Program-made: the position numbers and the translations under genes
Notes under the pieces: model-generated
Database searches by the model: none
Told to the model about the DNA's origin: nothing
Seen by the model: only the letters and a program-made list of their open reading frames with translations
Source of the DNA: a bacterium
GTDB lineage: Bacteria > Electryoneota > Electryoneia > Electryoneales > Electryoneaceae
Length of the DNA stretch: 64,000 bases
Direction: 5' to 3'
Assembly (NCBI GenBank): GCA_963669175.1
Contig: OY769902.1
Location: 1,632,001 to 1,696,000, forward strand
Shown here: positions 1 through 9,944 of the stretch, in pieces
Position numbering within the stretch: the first letter of the stretch is position 1
How the letters are laid out: each line of letters starts with the position of its first letter

Positions 1-73
1 CGCTATAGGTGGAACCACTGTGATTGCTACGTTCAGGGTGAACATCGCCATGCCTTTTCTCCCTGGAAATCAT
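1..73 (-). CDS. 5' part of a hypothetical protein running off the window start (MISREKRHGDVHPERSNHSGSTYS...)
   Basis: ATG at 73 preceded by AGGAG; frame open to position 1; too short to identify. Confidence 0.35.
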   Translation of the reverse strand, partial: MISREKRHGDVHPERSNHSGSTYS

Positions 74-99
74 GTTGAGTCTCCTGAGTTGGTGGTAGG

Positions 100-128
100 T
101 TGACGTACCGTGTAAAAAAGTGTACGAT
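100..128 (+). promoter_or_regulatory. Putative sigma70 promoter (TTGACG-17 nt-TACGAT)
   Basis: Near-consensus hexamers with 17-nt spacing upstream of the CDS at 198. Confidence 0.5.
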
Positions 129-197
129 ATTACAAGTGGGCTGTTCAAATCAGATGGGGGAAATAGTTTTTCTCCATAGAGTCACGAGGATAGAAAG

Positions 198-1037
198 ATG
201 AAGAGATTTGCCTGGGTGCTGCTGATTCTTGTTTTTGCAGCATTCGCAACCGGATGCGACTGGTTCGCCGGTGGTGACGACGAAGATACGGAAGCCCTGA
301 TCCTCCCGTTCAGCACACTTTTTGAAGATTGCCACATTGTTTCCGGGTACTCTGTGGATTCGGGTACTTCCGGATATTACTACGTGTATTTCGATGATCC
401 TTTCGATTATTACACGTTTATCGCCGGTGATATTATCTACCTCATTTCCGGCGATGATGTCTACCCGTTTTATTTCTACGCCACCCTGGTGAATTCGGAT
501 GATGAGACTGTGGTCGGTATCACCGGAATCCCGTACGGTTGGGATGGTGACGAAATCGAAGGCGGCACCATCATCTGGAAGGAACTTGATTCCTGGGCCA
601 TGTATTCCCCGAACCTGAGTGCCAGCTATCCCAGTACCATTTACGATGATATGGACCGGATCGGCTCGGAAAACTGGGGCACGGATGTAGATACGGATAC
701 ACTTGACTTCGTTATCCTGGGCGGCAATGACGACGCCCTGTTTGTCTGGCTGGCCGAACCGCCGGATGCTGACATCTCTGACGACGATGACTTTGACAGG
801 GACTGGGAAACCATTCAATGCGGTCCGGTGCTTTATCTCGACGGGGAGTATGCACTGGAACGCACCTTTGAAGTCGAAGGCGGAATCGACTATACAACCA
901 TCAATTGCGTTGATTTCAGCGCTGATGGCCTCCCGAACCTCGTCAGTTTCCAGTTGCTGGGCGAGGATGCGCCGGTATACGCATACGCTCGTGCCCCGGA
1001 AAACCTGGTCTGGTATTGGGTGGGGCAGATTAACTGA
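198..1037 (+). CDS. Acidic lipoprotein, hypothetical
   Basis: Signal peptide with lipobox FATGC; very D/E-rich; upstream RBS. Confidence 0.8.
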   Translation: MKRFAWVLLILVFAAFATGCDWFAGGDDEDTEALILPFSTLFEDCHIVSGYSVDSGTSGYYYVYFDDPFDYYTFIAGDIIYLISGDDVYPFYFYATLVNSDDETVVGITGIPYGWDGDEIEGGTIIWKELDSWAMYSPNLSASYPSTIYDDMDRIGSENWGTDVDTDTLDFVILGGNDDALFVWLAEPPDADISDDDDFDRDWETIQCGPVLYLDGEYALERTFEVEGGIDYTTINCVDFSADGLPNLVSFQLLGEDAPVYAYARAPENLVWYWVGQIN

Positions 1038-1052
1038 CAGGATGCATTCAAT

Positions 1053-1907
1053 ATGTCCCTCCAGGGATTCATTGATCTGCATTGTCATACGACCGCTTCT
1101 GACGGGAGTCTGACTCCGTCTGAGCTGGTACGTGAAGCAGCTTCTCTGGGCCTGGATGCCATTGCCATCACTGACCATGATACGATTGACGGCATCCCGG
1201 AAGGATTAGAAGCTGCCCGGGAGATGAACATCCAGATCGTTCCGGGTGTGGAAATCTCCGCCCAGGTTGGCCCCTGGACCCCACATTTGCTTGGCTACTT
1301 TATTGATTATCGGTCTACGGTATTGCGTGATTCCCTGGCCTGGATGGTCGACGCCAGGGAAAATCGCAACCCACGTTTACTCGCCCGGCTGAACGAACTT
1401 GGTATTCCGGTGACCATGAAACAGGTCCGTCATCAGGCCGGGAGCGACCTGATCGGACGTCCCCATTTCGCCCGCGCGCTGGTGGAGATCGGAGCGGTAA
1501 CAACGGTACAAGAAGCTTTCGATAGTTACCTCGGATCGAATGGGAAAGCGCATATCCCCAAAGCCCGCATGGATGCGGAACGTGCAATCCGGACCATCCG
1601 GGAAAGTGGTGGAGTCGCAGTTCTGGCACACCCGGTTACGTTGACTCGAGTGGGCGCTGAACTGGAATCTGTACTTGCACAACTGATGGACTACGGGTTG
1701 CAGGGACTCGAGGTCTTTTATTCTGAACACACTTCCGATGAAACAAATATCTACGAAGCGTTAGCAGATAAGTTGGGGTTGGTAAAGACCGGTGGCAGCG
1801 ACTATCACGGTGCAGCAAAGCCCGATATCAAAATCGGGACAGGACTTGGTAAACTCAGGGTCGAAAGTACAATTCTTAGCCGGTTGGAAGCAGCTTCCCG
1901 GAAGTAA
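1053..1907 (+). CDS. PHP-domain metal-dependent phosphoesterase (TrpH/YciV-like)
   Basis: DLHCHTTASDG, AITDHDT, GVEIS, LAHP and GGSDYHG motifs. Confidence 0.92.
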   Translation: MSLQGFIDLHCHTTASDGSLTPSELVREAASLGLDAIAITDHDTIDGIPEGLEAAREMNIQIVPGVEISAQVGPWTPHLLGYFIDYRSTVLRDSLAWMVDARENRNPRLLARLNELGIPVTMKQVRHQAGSDLIGRPHFARALVEIGAVTTVQEAFDSYLGSNGKAHIPKARMDAERAIRTIRESGGVAVLAHPVTLTRVGAELESVLAQLMDYGLQGLEVFYSEHTSDETNIYEALADKLGLVKTGGSDYHGAAKPDIKIGTGLGKLRVESTILSRLEAASRK

Positions 1908-1908
1908 C

Positions 1909-2172
1909 TCAATTCCTGAAGAACATGATCATCATACCTATGATAAACACCATGACGAAAACCTCAGCCCCCAGGCGCAATGTGTCAATTTTCACCAGGG
2001 CGCCCAGTTCTTCCCCCTGCGCGATAGGCGGATTGAAAATGGGGTGGTAACCTGCGGAATCAGCTTCCTTCCCTAACGGATTGTCCCAGACATACAGCCA
2101 GGGGGGGAAGTAGAGGACAACAGCAACCAGGGCCAAGCCGACCCATACGAATATCTTCTGTTGGTTGTTCAT
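1909..2172 (-). CDS. Small membrane protein with two hydrophobic segments
   Basis: 87-aa ORF filling the gap, convergent with the PHP gene. Confidence 0.65.
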   Translation of the reverse strand: MNNQQKIFVWVGLALVAVVLYFPPWLYVWDNPLGKEADSAGYHPIFNPPIAQGEELGALVKIDTLRLGAEVFVMVFIIGMMIMFFRN

Positions 2173-2279
2173 GTGTACCAGCGTTCTGAAGTTTGAATGT
2201 TACTGTTGTTAATATAACTTTTTATTCTATGCGTCTCAACCACTTGCTCACCAAAGAAAACGGGGGGAAACAAAGAAGA

Positions 2280-3392
2280 ATGCGGTATATCATTAACACA
2301 TCGGCTGAATTACAGGATTGGGCTGAACCGGTTGACAGAGCTCCAATGAACTTTCACAACCGTCTGCCTGAATATAAACCGTCAGCATTGCATTCCTTGC
2401 CCGGTCTGGCAGCTACACTCGGAATTAAAGACCTGTATGTGAAAGATGAATCCTATCGCCTGACTTTACCGGCATTTAAAATCCTCGGCGCTTCCTGGGC
2501 GGTGTATCGCTGGTTGCAGGGGAAGCTCAAGTCTGATCTTGAGCCCTGGGTTTCTGTTGCCGATTTACGTGACCGAATCCGTCCCTTCCTCCCGCTCACG
2601 CTGGTGACCGCAACCGACGGAAACCACGGTCGTGGTGTCGCCTGCATGGCCAAATGGCTGGGGCTCAACGCGGAAGTCTATATGCCACGCGGCACAGTGC
2701 CTGCGCGTATTCATGCGATCGAGAGTGAAGGCGCTATCGTTACCATGATTGACGGTTCCTATGATGAGGCGGTAAAACTGGCAGCTTCCCGTGAGGATGA
2801 ACGTTACCTCCTGCTGCAGGACACTGCCTGGCCCGGCTACGAAACCATTCCGGCGTGGATCGTAGAAGGTTACGCCACTCTTCTATGGGAAATCGAGGAC
2901 GCGTTGGCCGGACAGGAACCGCCGGATCTTGTTTTTGTGCCTGTTGGTGTCGGTTCACTGGCCGCGGCCATGGTCCGTCACTATCGGCGACATGGTCTGA
3001 AGCAGCCTCCTCACATTATCAGCGTAGAACCGGTAGGCGCTGCCTGCCTGCTGGAATCAGTAAAGGCCAACGCCAGTGTGACTGTTCCGGAAGGGCTGGG
3101 GACCATTATGGCCGGATTAAACTGCGGAACCCTGTCCACCATTGCCTGGCCCATCCTGAAACGTGGTGTGAATATCGCCTTGGAAATCGAAGATCACTGG
3201 GCAGAAAATGCGATGGAGATGTTTAAGGAGAATGGTATCACCAGTGGAGAAAGTGGCGCCTCCAGTATGGCGGGCCTCCTGGCTCTCCTGCAAGACGAGA
3301 GCACTCAACCGTGTCGAGAATACTTGGGTTTGAACGATGAAACCCGAGTTTTACTTATTTCAACCGAAGGTATGACAAATCCTGAGCGATGA
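2280..3392 (+). CDS. dpaL: Diaminopropionate ammonia-lyase (PLP fold II)
   Basis: VKDESYR..LPAFKILGA, ATDGNHGRG, QDTAWPGY and TIMAGLNCG motifs; ATG 2280 preferred over the track's TTG 2193. Confidence 0.88.
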   Translation: MRYIINTSAELQDWAEPVDRAPMNFHNRLPEYKPSALHSLPGLAATLGIKDLYVKDESYRLTLPAFKILGASWAVYRWLQGKLKSDLEPWVSVADLRDRIRPFLPLTLVTATDGNHGRGVACMAKWLGLNAEVYMPRGTVPARIHAIESEGAIVTMIDGSYDEAVKLAASREDERYLLLQDTAWPGYETIPAWIVEGYATLLWEIEDALAGQEPPDLVFVPVGVGSLAAAMVRHYRRHGLKQPPHIISVEPVGAACLLESVKANASVTVPEGLGTIMAGLNCGTLSTIAWPILKRGVNIALEIEDHWAENAMEMFKENGITSGESGASSMAGLLALLQDESTQPCREYLGLNDETRVLLISTEGMTNPER

Positions 3393-3714
3393 TGTAAAAT
3401 GTTGTTTATTAAATGGTTGTTTAATTATGTCCTGGTCAGTACCATTTCTATTGCCTTCTTCTGTCACAAGAAAGAAGTCGCGCAGTAGCCGTAACGCACA
3501 TTAGCAAAACCTTACTCCGATATTTCTTCTCTACAGTTTCTATTGTCAGAAATTTAAGAGAATCCTTATTATACTTGGGTCTGATCGGGTGAGTGGCATC
3601 ACTTTGTTTCAATTGTATACATTGCAGTGTAGAGATGCAGACTCATCAAAGTGGTTTGGGGGTTCTACGATAGCCTGGTTTACTATAGACCGTCATGGTC
3701 GGAAAGGAGGCGGT

Positions 3715-5772
3715 ATGCACAGGCGCTTAACCGCCCTGCTGTTACTGCTGACACTGGCTGGCGCTGCTTTCTGGATGCAAGCTTGCAGCGATGCGGAAGA
3801 TTTTGTTGCTCCGTCGCACTATGAGGGACTGAACAACATTGATGTCCCCGAGGACTTCGATTATGAAACGACGAAGTCACTGCATATGGATATTACTGTC
3901 CAGAATGTTGACGGCTCACCGGCGCAAAACTGTATTGTCACAGTATTCCATGGCGATCCACAGGACACCCTGATTGAAATTCTCCGCATCGGACGCGGAG
4001 TGACCAATCAGAGCGGAAGGATGCTGCTGGATGTCAACATCCCGACGTACATGACGGAAGTGTATATCACCGCCAATGTTCTTGGTGTGCCGAACCAGGG
4101 ATACTTCACCGCAGAAACAGGCAGCATTACTCATGTATTCGGTCCCAACACCACCATGAGTGTGTCCAGCCATCGTGGCCCGGTCAACAAACCACAATCC
4201 GGACGCAATACCTGGTCGCACGACTGGCAGTACCTTGGTACCTGGGATGATGACGGAGTGCCGGATTACCTGGCGGATTACACGATTACATATTCCCAGG
4301 ATTTCTACGATGGCGTTGGTGATGTTTTTCAGGAATACATCAACCTTACGGGAACGCATCCGGAATACTTCGGCCATGATGTAGAAAATAACCTGAACTT
4401 TACCTGTGACATCGATTCGGTTGTTGTGACTTTCATTCACGATGGCGCTTCATACCAGAACGCGATCGGTTTTTATCCTTACCCTTGGAACCAGCCGCCT
4501 CCGGGAATCACTCAGCTTCAACCCAAGCTGGTGATTTTCCCGAACGCATCGTTTACCGGTCAGGGGGGCAACCTGGCGAATGGCGCAACAGTCGTTCTGC
4601 AACGTGAAGAGTTCAACCAGAACTATTCCATGGGTTTCTTTATCGTTGGCGATGGTTGGACCGACAATCCCGATATGGTTGGCCAGGGTCTCTGGACCAA
4701 CTGGTCGGTAGATCGCTATAATCCACGGGATCTGCGTCATTTTGTCCTGCTGCATGACAGCGCCAACGAGCAGTTCATCGTTGGCATCGAGGACTGGAAA
4801 CGTAACCAGCATCGTTCAGACAGCGATTTTAACGATGTCATCATGGTCGTCAAGCCTTATCCCTTCTGTGTTGATACAACCAACATCCCCAATATCGACC
4901 TTCCGTCACAGGGCGGTCCAGATACGGATGGTGATGGGGTAGAAGACGATTACGATGATTACCCGGATGATCCGGATAAAGCCTTCGACAACCAATACCA
5001 GAGCGTTGTCGCGTTTGAAGACTTGTGGCCTTCATCCGGAAACTATGACATGAACGACCTGGTGATGTTGTGCGAGATCAACCAGATCACCAACGGTGAC
5101 AACCTGGTTGCCTTCATCGAAGCGGACTTCACCATCAAGGCGGTAGGTGCGGATTACGACAACGGTTTCGCGATAGAGATTCCGATTGCGCCGTCCGATA
5201 TCCTGTCCTTTACCGGTAGCGATTGTAACGGAACCGTATTCAACTATTCGGATGGACAACCGGAAGCGGGGCAGGAGTACGCTGTGATCCCCGTGTTCGA
5301 CCGTACCAAAGACCTGATCGAGCCGGAAGGAAACTGGGCGTACATCAATACCGAATATGGCGCTCCGGTACAGGCATCGCCGACCACGCATATCGTGCTT
5401 GAAATTACACCGACGTCGCCGGAAGTACTTGGCGCGCCACCGTATAATCCGTTTATCGTGGTAAACGGGGATCGCACCAAAGAGGTCCACCTCGCAGGGT
5501 ACGAACCTACGACACTGGCAGATCCGAACTGGTTCGGGCAGGATGATGACACCTCCAGCCCGGCAACGGAACGGTATTACAAAGACAGTGATAACCTGCC
5601 CTGGGCGGTAGTAGTACCGACCGACTGGCAACACATGATGGCGGGGGAAGAAATCACTGCCGGCTACCTGTATTTCCGTACCTGGGCAGAATCTGGCGGT
5701 ACGGTCTACATGGATTGGTACGAAGATATTCCCGGGTACCAGGATGATTCGGTACTCTGGGATAGTGAATAG
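3715..5772 (+). CDS. LruC-domain lipoprotein (DUF4114/DUF4842-like) with DxDxDG Ca-binding motif
   Basis: AGGAGG RBS before ATG 3715; lipobox MQAC; AFEDLWP..DMNDLV, YNPFI, EVHL and LPWA motifs; DTDGDGVED. Confidence 0.8.
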   Translation: MHRRLTALLLLLTLAGAAFWMQACSDAEDFVAPSHYEGLNNIDVPEDFDYETTKSLHMDITVQNVDGSPAQNCIVTVFHGDPQDTLIEILRIGRGVTNQSGRMLLDVNIPTYMTEVYITANVLGVPNQGYFTAETGSITHVFGPNTTMSVSSHRGPVNKPQSGRNTWSHDWQYLGTWDDDGVPDYLADYTITYSQDFYDGVGDVFQEYINLTGTHPEYFGHDVENNLNFTCDIDSVVVTFIHDGASYQNAIGFYPYPWNQPPPGITQLQPKLVIFPNASFTGQGGNLANGATVVLQREEFNQNYSMGFFIVGDGWTDNPDMVGQGLWTNWSVDRYNPRDLRHFVLLHDSANEQFIVGIEDWKRNQHRSDSDFNDVIMVVKPYPFCVDTTNIPNIDLPSQGGPDTDGDGVEDDYDDYPDDPDKAFDNQYQSVVAFEDLWPSSGNYDMNDLVMLCEINQITNGDNLVAFIEADFTIKAVGADYDNGFAIEIPIAPSDILSFTGSDCNGTVFNYSDGQPEAGQEYAVIPVFDRTKDLIEPEGNWAYINTEYGAPVQASPTTHIVLEITPTSPEVLGAPPYNPFIVVNGDRTKEVHLAGYEPTTLADPNWFGQDDDTSSPATERYYKDSDNLPWAVVVPTDWQHMMAGEEITAGYLYFRTWAESGGTVYMDWYEDIPGYQDDSVLWDSE

Positions 5773-5803
5773 AGTGGCATGGTTGGGTTGATTCTATGCT
5801 GAC

Positions 5804-5839
5804 AGAACAGGGCTGATGCGAAGGCATCAGCCCTGTTCT
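5804..5839. terminator. 16-bp perfect hairpin between convergent genes
   Basis: AGAACAGGGCTGATGC-GAAG-GCATCAGCCCTGTTCT. Confidence 0.75.
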
Positions 5840-5869
5840 CACTAAAATTTTCTCGAAGCCTATCCGATC

Positions 5870-6517
5870 TTAGGCGCAGGACAGGATTTTGTCTTTGAAA
5901 TAGTTAAAGCTTGGTGATGTATTATGATCAATATTCATACGGGGCGTTATTTCTTTAGCCCACTCAGATTTCTTCATACCAATAGCCTGATACCCCTCAG
6001 ATTTCAGCTTGACTGCGCCTCCCGGATATACTGCATCCGCTAGTTTCTCCCACGTACCGCAAATGCTGTCATTGGTATATGAAGTTAATACTGTATCTTT
6101 TGCCTTTGGATATGCAGCACGTATTGCATTCAAATCGCCAAGAAACCAAGCCTCACCTTCTTCAACTGCAAAGCAGAAACGCGTCTCAGGTTCTGGATTA
6201 CAGGCGCGTAAGATATTATTCAATTCTTCCTTAAATGCTTTCATGCACTTATCGTCCAAATCACATATCACGAAAACAACTGCTTGATAATTACCAGCGC
6301 CTGTGTAAGTTCGTCCGTATCCTTTCAATAGCTTGGGCAGATTTTCCAATAATATTCTATTGGAAGCATTTTCAGTATCACGCATGTCCTTTGGAATTCT
6401 GCCGATGCCTTTATATGAAATTATCTTGTATGTATTCGGCTTGTCAAGTAGTTTCGGAACGAGTATTTCAAGCATTGTTTTGCCAGATTGATCCTCTACT
6501 AGAATTTCAAAATGCAC
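5870..6517 (-). CDS. DUF4276-like TOPRIM-fold protein
   Basis: N-terminal LVEDQS glutamate, DLD (DxD), EEGEAWFLGD, N.SPSF; directly downstream of an ABC ATPase. Confidence 0.75.
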   Translation of the reverse strand: MHFEILVEDQSGKTMLEILVPKLLDKPNTYKIISYKGIGRIPKDMRDTENASNRILLENLPKLLKGYGRTYTGAGNYQAVVFVICDLDDKCMKAFKEELNNILRACNPEPETRFCFAVEEGEAWFLGDLNAIRAAYPKAKDTVLTSYTNDSICGTWEKLADAVYPGGAVKLKSEGYQAIGMKKSEWAKEITPRMNIDHNTSPSFNYFKDKILSCA

Positions 6518-6520
6518 ACA

Positions 6521-7813
6521 TCACCTCGCATCCAGATATTCACTATACCATAAGCCTCCCAAAGGGAGTCCTTCTTCTACCATATTTTTTACAATAGTAT
6601 CGTCACTCGCCCTACGGATCGTAGAGAAACCATCGTTACCTTTATCCAGAATCCATACTTCTTCAGTAGTTAATGCATCAACAAAATAGGGTTGATGTGT
6701 TGTGACAAATATCTGTGAACCTCTTTTTGATCCTGTAGCATGTGCCCTCAGTTCATAAGCTAAACTTTCCAACAATTTATGATATAAGCCGTTTTCTGGT
6801 TCTTCAATACATATGAAAGGCGGTGGAGATGGATCTTCCAGCAAAAGAAGATATGCAAAAACCTTCAAGGTTCCATCTGACATTTGTTGTGCATAAAAAG
6901 GATCATCAAAACCTTTATCATTAAACCTTAGCAATAATCTACCATCTGCTGTTTTATCTGTGTCAATATCTTCGATTCCAGGAATTTTACCTGCTATGCG
7001 TTTCAGTATATTTCTAAATTTCTCTGGCTTTTCACGCTCCATAAATTGAACTACATTACCGAGGTTGTCTCCATGAACGCTTAGATGCCTTTGCGGACCA
7101 GCTAATGGTAAACTACGTGCAGCATCGGGCATAAAATAGCTCAGATACCAGCCTTCGATGAACCTCCTGAATGCAGAGATTCGTGGATGTTGCTTAAGTG
7201 ATCCCAGAGTTGCTATACCAAGCTTTCGTGGATCATCTAACTCTACAATTTCAGTCTCTCTGCTTTCTTCCTTCTCGGTATCCTCAACAGATCTGATGAG
7301 TTCCAGAATGTCAAATTGTTGACTAGTCTCATTTATTTGACGACCTTCCAATTCACCTTTCCACGCAACTCCTTTGCCATCATTCAAGATCAGGAAGGAG
7401 AAGGGCCACCCGTATTTTTGCCTTTTTCGACGTTGTCTTAAACGTTCTCGTTGAACAAAAGGGCGTCCCTTACCGTCCTTGTTTATTGCTAGTTCATAAG
7501 TAATGGGCCGTGCATTTCCTTCCTCCTTATAGTACACTTCAAATTCTATTGCGTCATGCTGGCCTTGAGACCTGATCCTCTCAAAACCACCACGTCCTCG
7601 AGAATCACAGGCTTCTTCTACACCAGATTTAAGACAATCAGCAAGAAATCCAAAAGCATCAAAAAGAGAACTTTTGCCGACACCATTTTTACCAATAACA
7701 GCCGTTAATGGAGTTAGCGGTCTTGCAGCCTGTAAATTCCACAATTTGCCTAGCGTAATGTCGCGTAGCACGCCATAGTTTTTTATTCGGATTCCTTCTA
7801 TTCGTGCCATCAC
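6521..7813 (-). CDS. ABC-type (AAA_21-like) ATPase
   Basis: Walker A GKNGVGKS, signature MSDGT, Walker B IEEPENGL, H-loop TTH; AT-rich compared with flanks. Confidence 0.9.
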   Translation of the reverse strand: MMARIEGIRIKNYGVLRDITLGKLWNLQAARPLTPLTAVIGKNGVGKSSLFDAFGFLADCLKSGVEEACDSRGRGGFERIRSQGQHDAIEFEVYYKEEGNARPITYELAINKDGKGRPFVQRERLRQRRKRQKYGWPFSFLILNDGKGVAWKGELEGRQINETSQQFDILELIRSVEDTEKEESRETEIVELDDPRKLGIATLGSLKQHPRISAFRRFIEGWYLSYFMPDAARSLPLAGPQRHLSVHGDNLGNVVQFMEREKPEKFRNILKRIAGKIPGIEDIDTDKTADGRLLLRFNDKGFDDPFYAQQMSDGTLKVFAYLLLLEDPSPPPFICIEEPENGLYHKLLESLAYELRAHATGSKRGSQIFVTTHQPYFVDALTTEEVWILDKGNDGFSTIRRASDDTIVKNMVEEGLPLGGLWYSEYLDAR

Positions 7814-8113
7814 AACCTCCGTCTAACTACAATATTTTTCAAGTCCTAAAATGAATGAGAATCCCATCCATTTTTTCTTGTTATGACAGTGATGCCGAAA
7901 AAGATTCTACACAATTCCAAGTGATTATGCAATAACATTGTTTCCATAAAATATCTACGGATATAGGTTTCTCATTGCAAAGAATCAGGACGTAACAACC
8001 TCCCAATCCGTTGAACCCGTTGAAATTGAGTTGTACTTTGCGGAACAGTGCGGCCAAAGGTCGTGCATTTACAGGTTCATGACGTTTCATTTTTCCATAC
8101 GTGAGGTACTGCC

Positions 8114-9316
8114 ATGGCAGGCATGAAGATTAAGGCCGCGGAACGGACAGAGGGGATCAAATATGCTGTCCGTGATATCGTAGTCCTGGCCAAGCAGGCT
8201 GAAAAAGCCGGCAAAGAACTGTTGTATTTGAACATTGGTGATCCGAACCAGTTTGATTTTCGGACCCCGGACCATATCGTTCAGGCCACTCACAAGGCTA
8301 TGCAGGACAATTTCTGCGGCTATTCACCGTCTTCCGGTATTCAGGACGCGCGTGATGCGATCGGACGGTATGCCGAGAGCAAAGGCATCAAGAATATCCA
8401 TGATATTTTCGTAACCACCGGTGGAAGCGAAGCCATTGAAATCTGCCTGACCGCACTGGTCAACGAAGGCGATAATGTCCTCACCCCGGCGCCTGGATAC
8501 CCGTTGTATACGGCTGTCCTGAGCAAGCTGCGTGCAGTCGAGAATCCCTATTTCCTCGATGAAAGCAATGGCTGGCAGCCAGATGTGGAAGACATCCGTG
8601 GCAAGATTAACGACAAAACCCGAGCCATTGTCATCATCAACCCGAACAATCCGACCGGCTCCAACACCAGCGAAGAAACCCTGCGTGAATTGCTGAAACT
8701 GGCGAAGGAAAACGATATCGTTGTCTTCGCCGACGAGATCTACGACAAGCAGCTTTTCGACGGGGTGAAACATATCTCCATCGCCTCGCTGGACGCCGAT
8801 GCTCCGGTGATCACCTTTAATGGCCTGTCGAAAAACTACCTCGGCCCGGGCCTGCGTATCGGTTGGGGTGTCATCAGTGGCAATTTACAGCAGCTTGACG
8901 ATTACATCGAAGGCATCAACAAGATCCTGCGCGCTCGTCTCTGTGCCAATCATCCGCTGCAACATGCCATTCAGCCGGCGCTTGAAGGTGATCATTCCCA
9001 TATCCAGGAAATGATTGCGAAGTTGACCAAACGTCGTGATCTGACTGTGGAACGTATGAACGCTATTGACGGCATCAGTTGTGTCAAGCCGGGCGGTGCG
9101 TTTTACGTCTTCCCGCAATTGCACATCGATGGCACGGATGAGGACTGGGTAAAGGGCCTGATCAGTGAAACGGGTGTAGTCGTCGTTCCCGGTAGTGGCT
9201 TCGGACAGGTTCCCGGAACGAAACACTTCCGGATTGTGTACCTGCCGCCGGAAGATATCCTTGAACGCGCCTACACTGCGATTGAAGAATACATGGACAA
9301 GTACCGGAATCGCTAA
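8114..9316 (+). CDS. Class I/II PLP-dependent aminotransferase (AlaA-like)
   Basis: LNIGDP, INPNNPTG, ADEIYD, GLSKNY..PGLRIGW, PGSGFG. Confidence 0.92.
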   Translation: MAGMKIKAAERTEGIKYAVRDIVVLAKQAEKAGKELLYLNIGDPNQFDFRTPDHIVQATHKAMQDNFCGYSPSSGIQDARDAIGRYAESKGIKNIHDIFVTTGGSEAIEICLTALVNEGDNVLTPAPGYPLYTAVLSKLRAVENPYFLDESNGWQPDVEDIRGKINDKTRAIVIINPNNPTGSNTSEETLRELLKLAKENDIVVFADEIYDKQLFDGVKHISIASLDADAPVITFNGLSKNYLGPGLRIGWGVISGNLQQLDDYIEGINKILRARLCANHPLQHAIQPALEGDHSHIQEMIAKLTKRRDLTVERMNAIDGISCVKPGGAFYVFPQLHIDGTDEDWVKGLISETGVVVVPGSGFGQVPGTKHFRIVYLPPEDILERAYTAIEEYMDKYRNR

Positions 9317-9365
9317 ATTTCCTGGTTACGATACCATACTTTATATTTGGAATGACAGGGTGACA

Positions 9366-9496
9366 GCGAAAAATGGGACTGTCACCCTTTCATTTTCGCA
9401 AATATATGATAACAAATTCAGGACTGATGAAAAGGTGACTGTACCAGATTTTTCGCTTGCTCGTTGTTCAGGATTATCAGGAAAATCCGGGACAGT
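9366..9496. repeat. Repeat family E (GGGACTGTCAC/GGTGACTGTAC palindromes); uninterrupted homologue of 31090-32005
   Basis: GCGAAAAATGGGACTGTCACC...AGGTGACTGTACCAGATTTTTCGC...GAAAATCCGGGACAG matches 31090-31128 plus 31906-32000. Confidence 0.7.
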
Positions 9497-9863
9497 TTGC
9501 TCCGGTATCCCTTTGCGTGTCTATTCCCTGTTTAGCTGGCATACTGAGATTGAGTTTCTGAAACCGCCCCGGCAGGGGCAACCTGTATTAGCCCCGGGCA
9601 GCCGCCGTCAGTTTGGCGACTACCCAGGGAGATGAATCCCAACACTTATTACTCCGCTAGGAGTAACCTGAATATTATTATGGATATATAGTTTAATTTC
9701 TTAGGCAACCCGCTGCCGGGGTTGGCAAGGAGAGCTCATCCATCTCCCACCGTGAGCGCCAAACAGACGGCGCTGGACGGTGGGCTAATTCAGGGAACCA
9801 CTGCCGTGGTTCTTATCCTGCCCGTTTCATCAAGTATCACATGTAAAGGTGCCATCCGGGTAG
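9497..9863. repeat. Repeat family D, REP-doublet-like element (copy 1)
   Basis: Reverse complement of 25606-26012; six hairpins in two inverted arms with CGTC(A/T)GTTT loops. Confidence 0.85.
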
Positions 9864-9894
9864 TATTTGTACAATCCCTTTTTCGACCAGAAAA

Positions 9895-9921
9895 AAGGCT
9901 GCCCATTTGATGGACAGCCTT
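9895..9921 (-). terminator. Intrinsic terminator of the aminopeptidase gene
   Basis: AAGGCTGCCCAT-TTG-ATGGACAGCCTT with an A-run on the plus strand (U-tail on minus). Confidence 0.6.
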
Positions 9922-9944
9922 GGAATAACTCGTATACGTATGCT

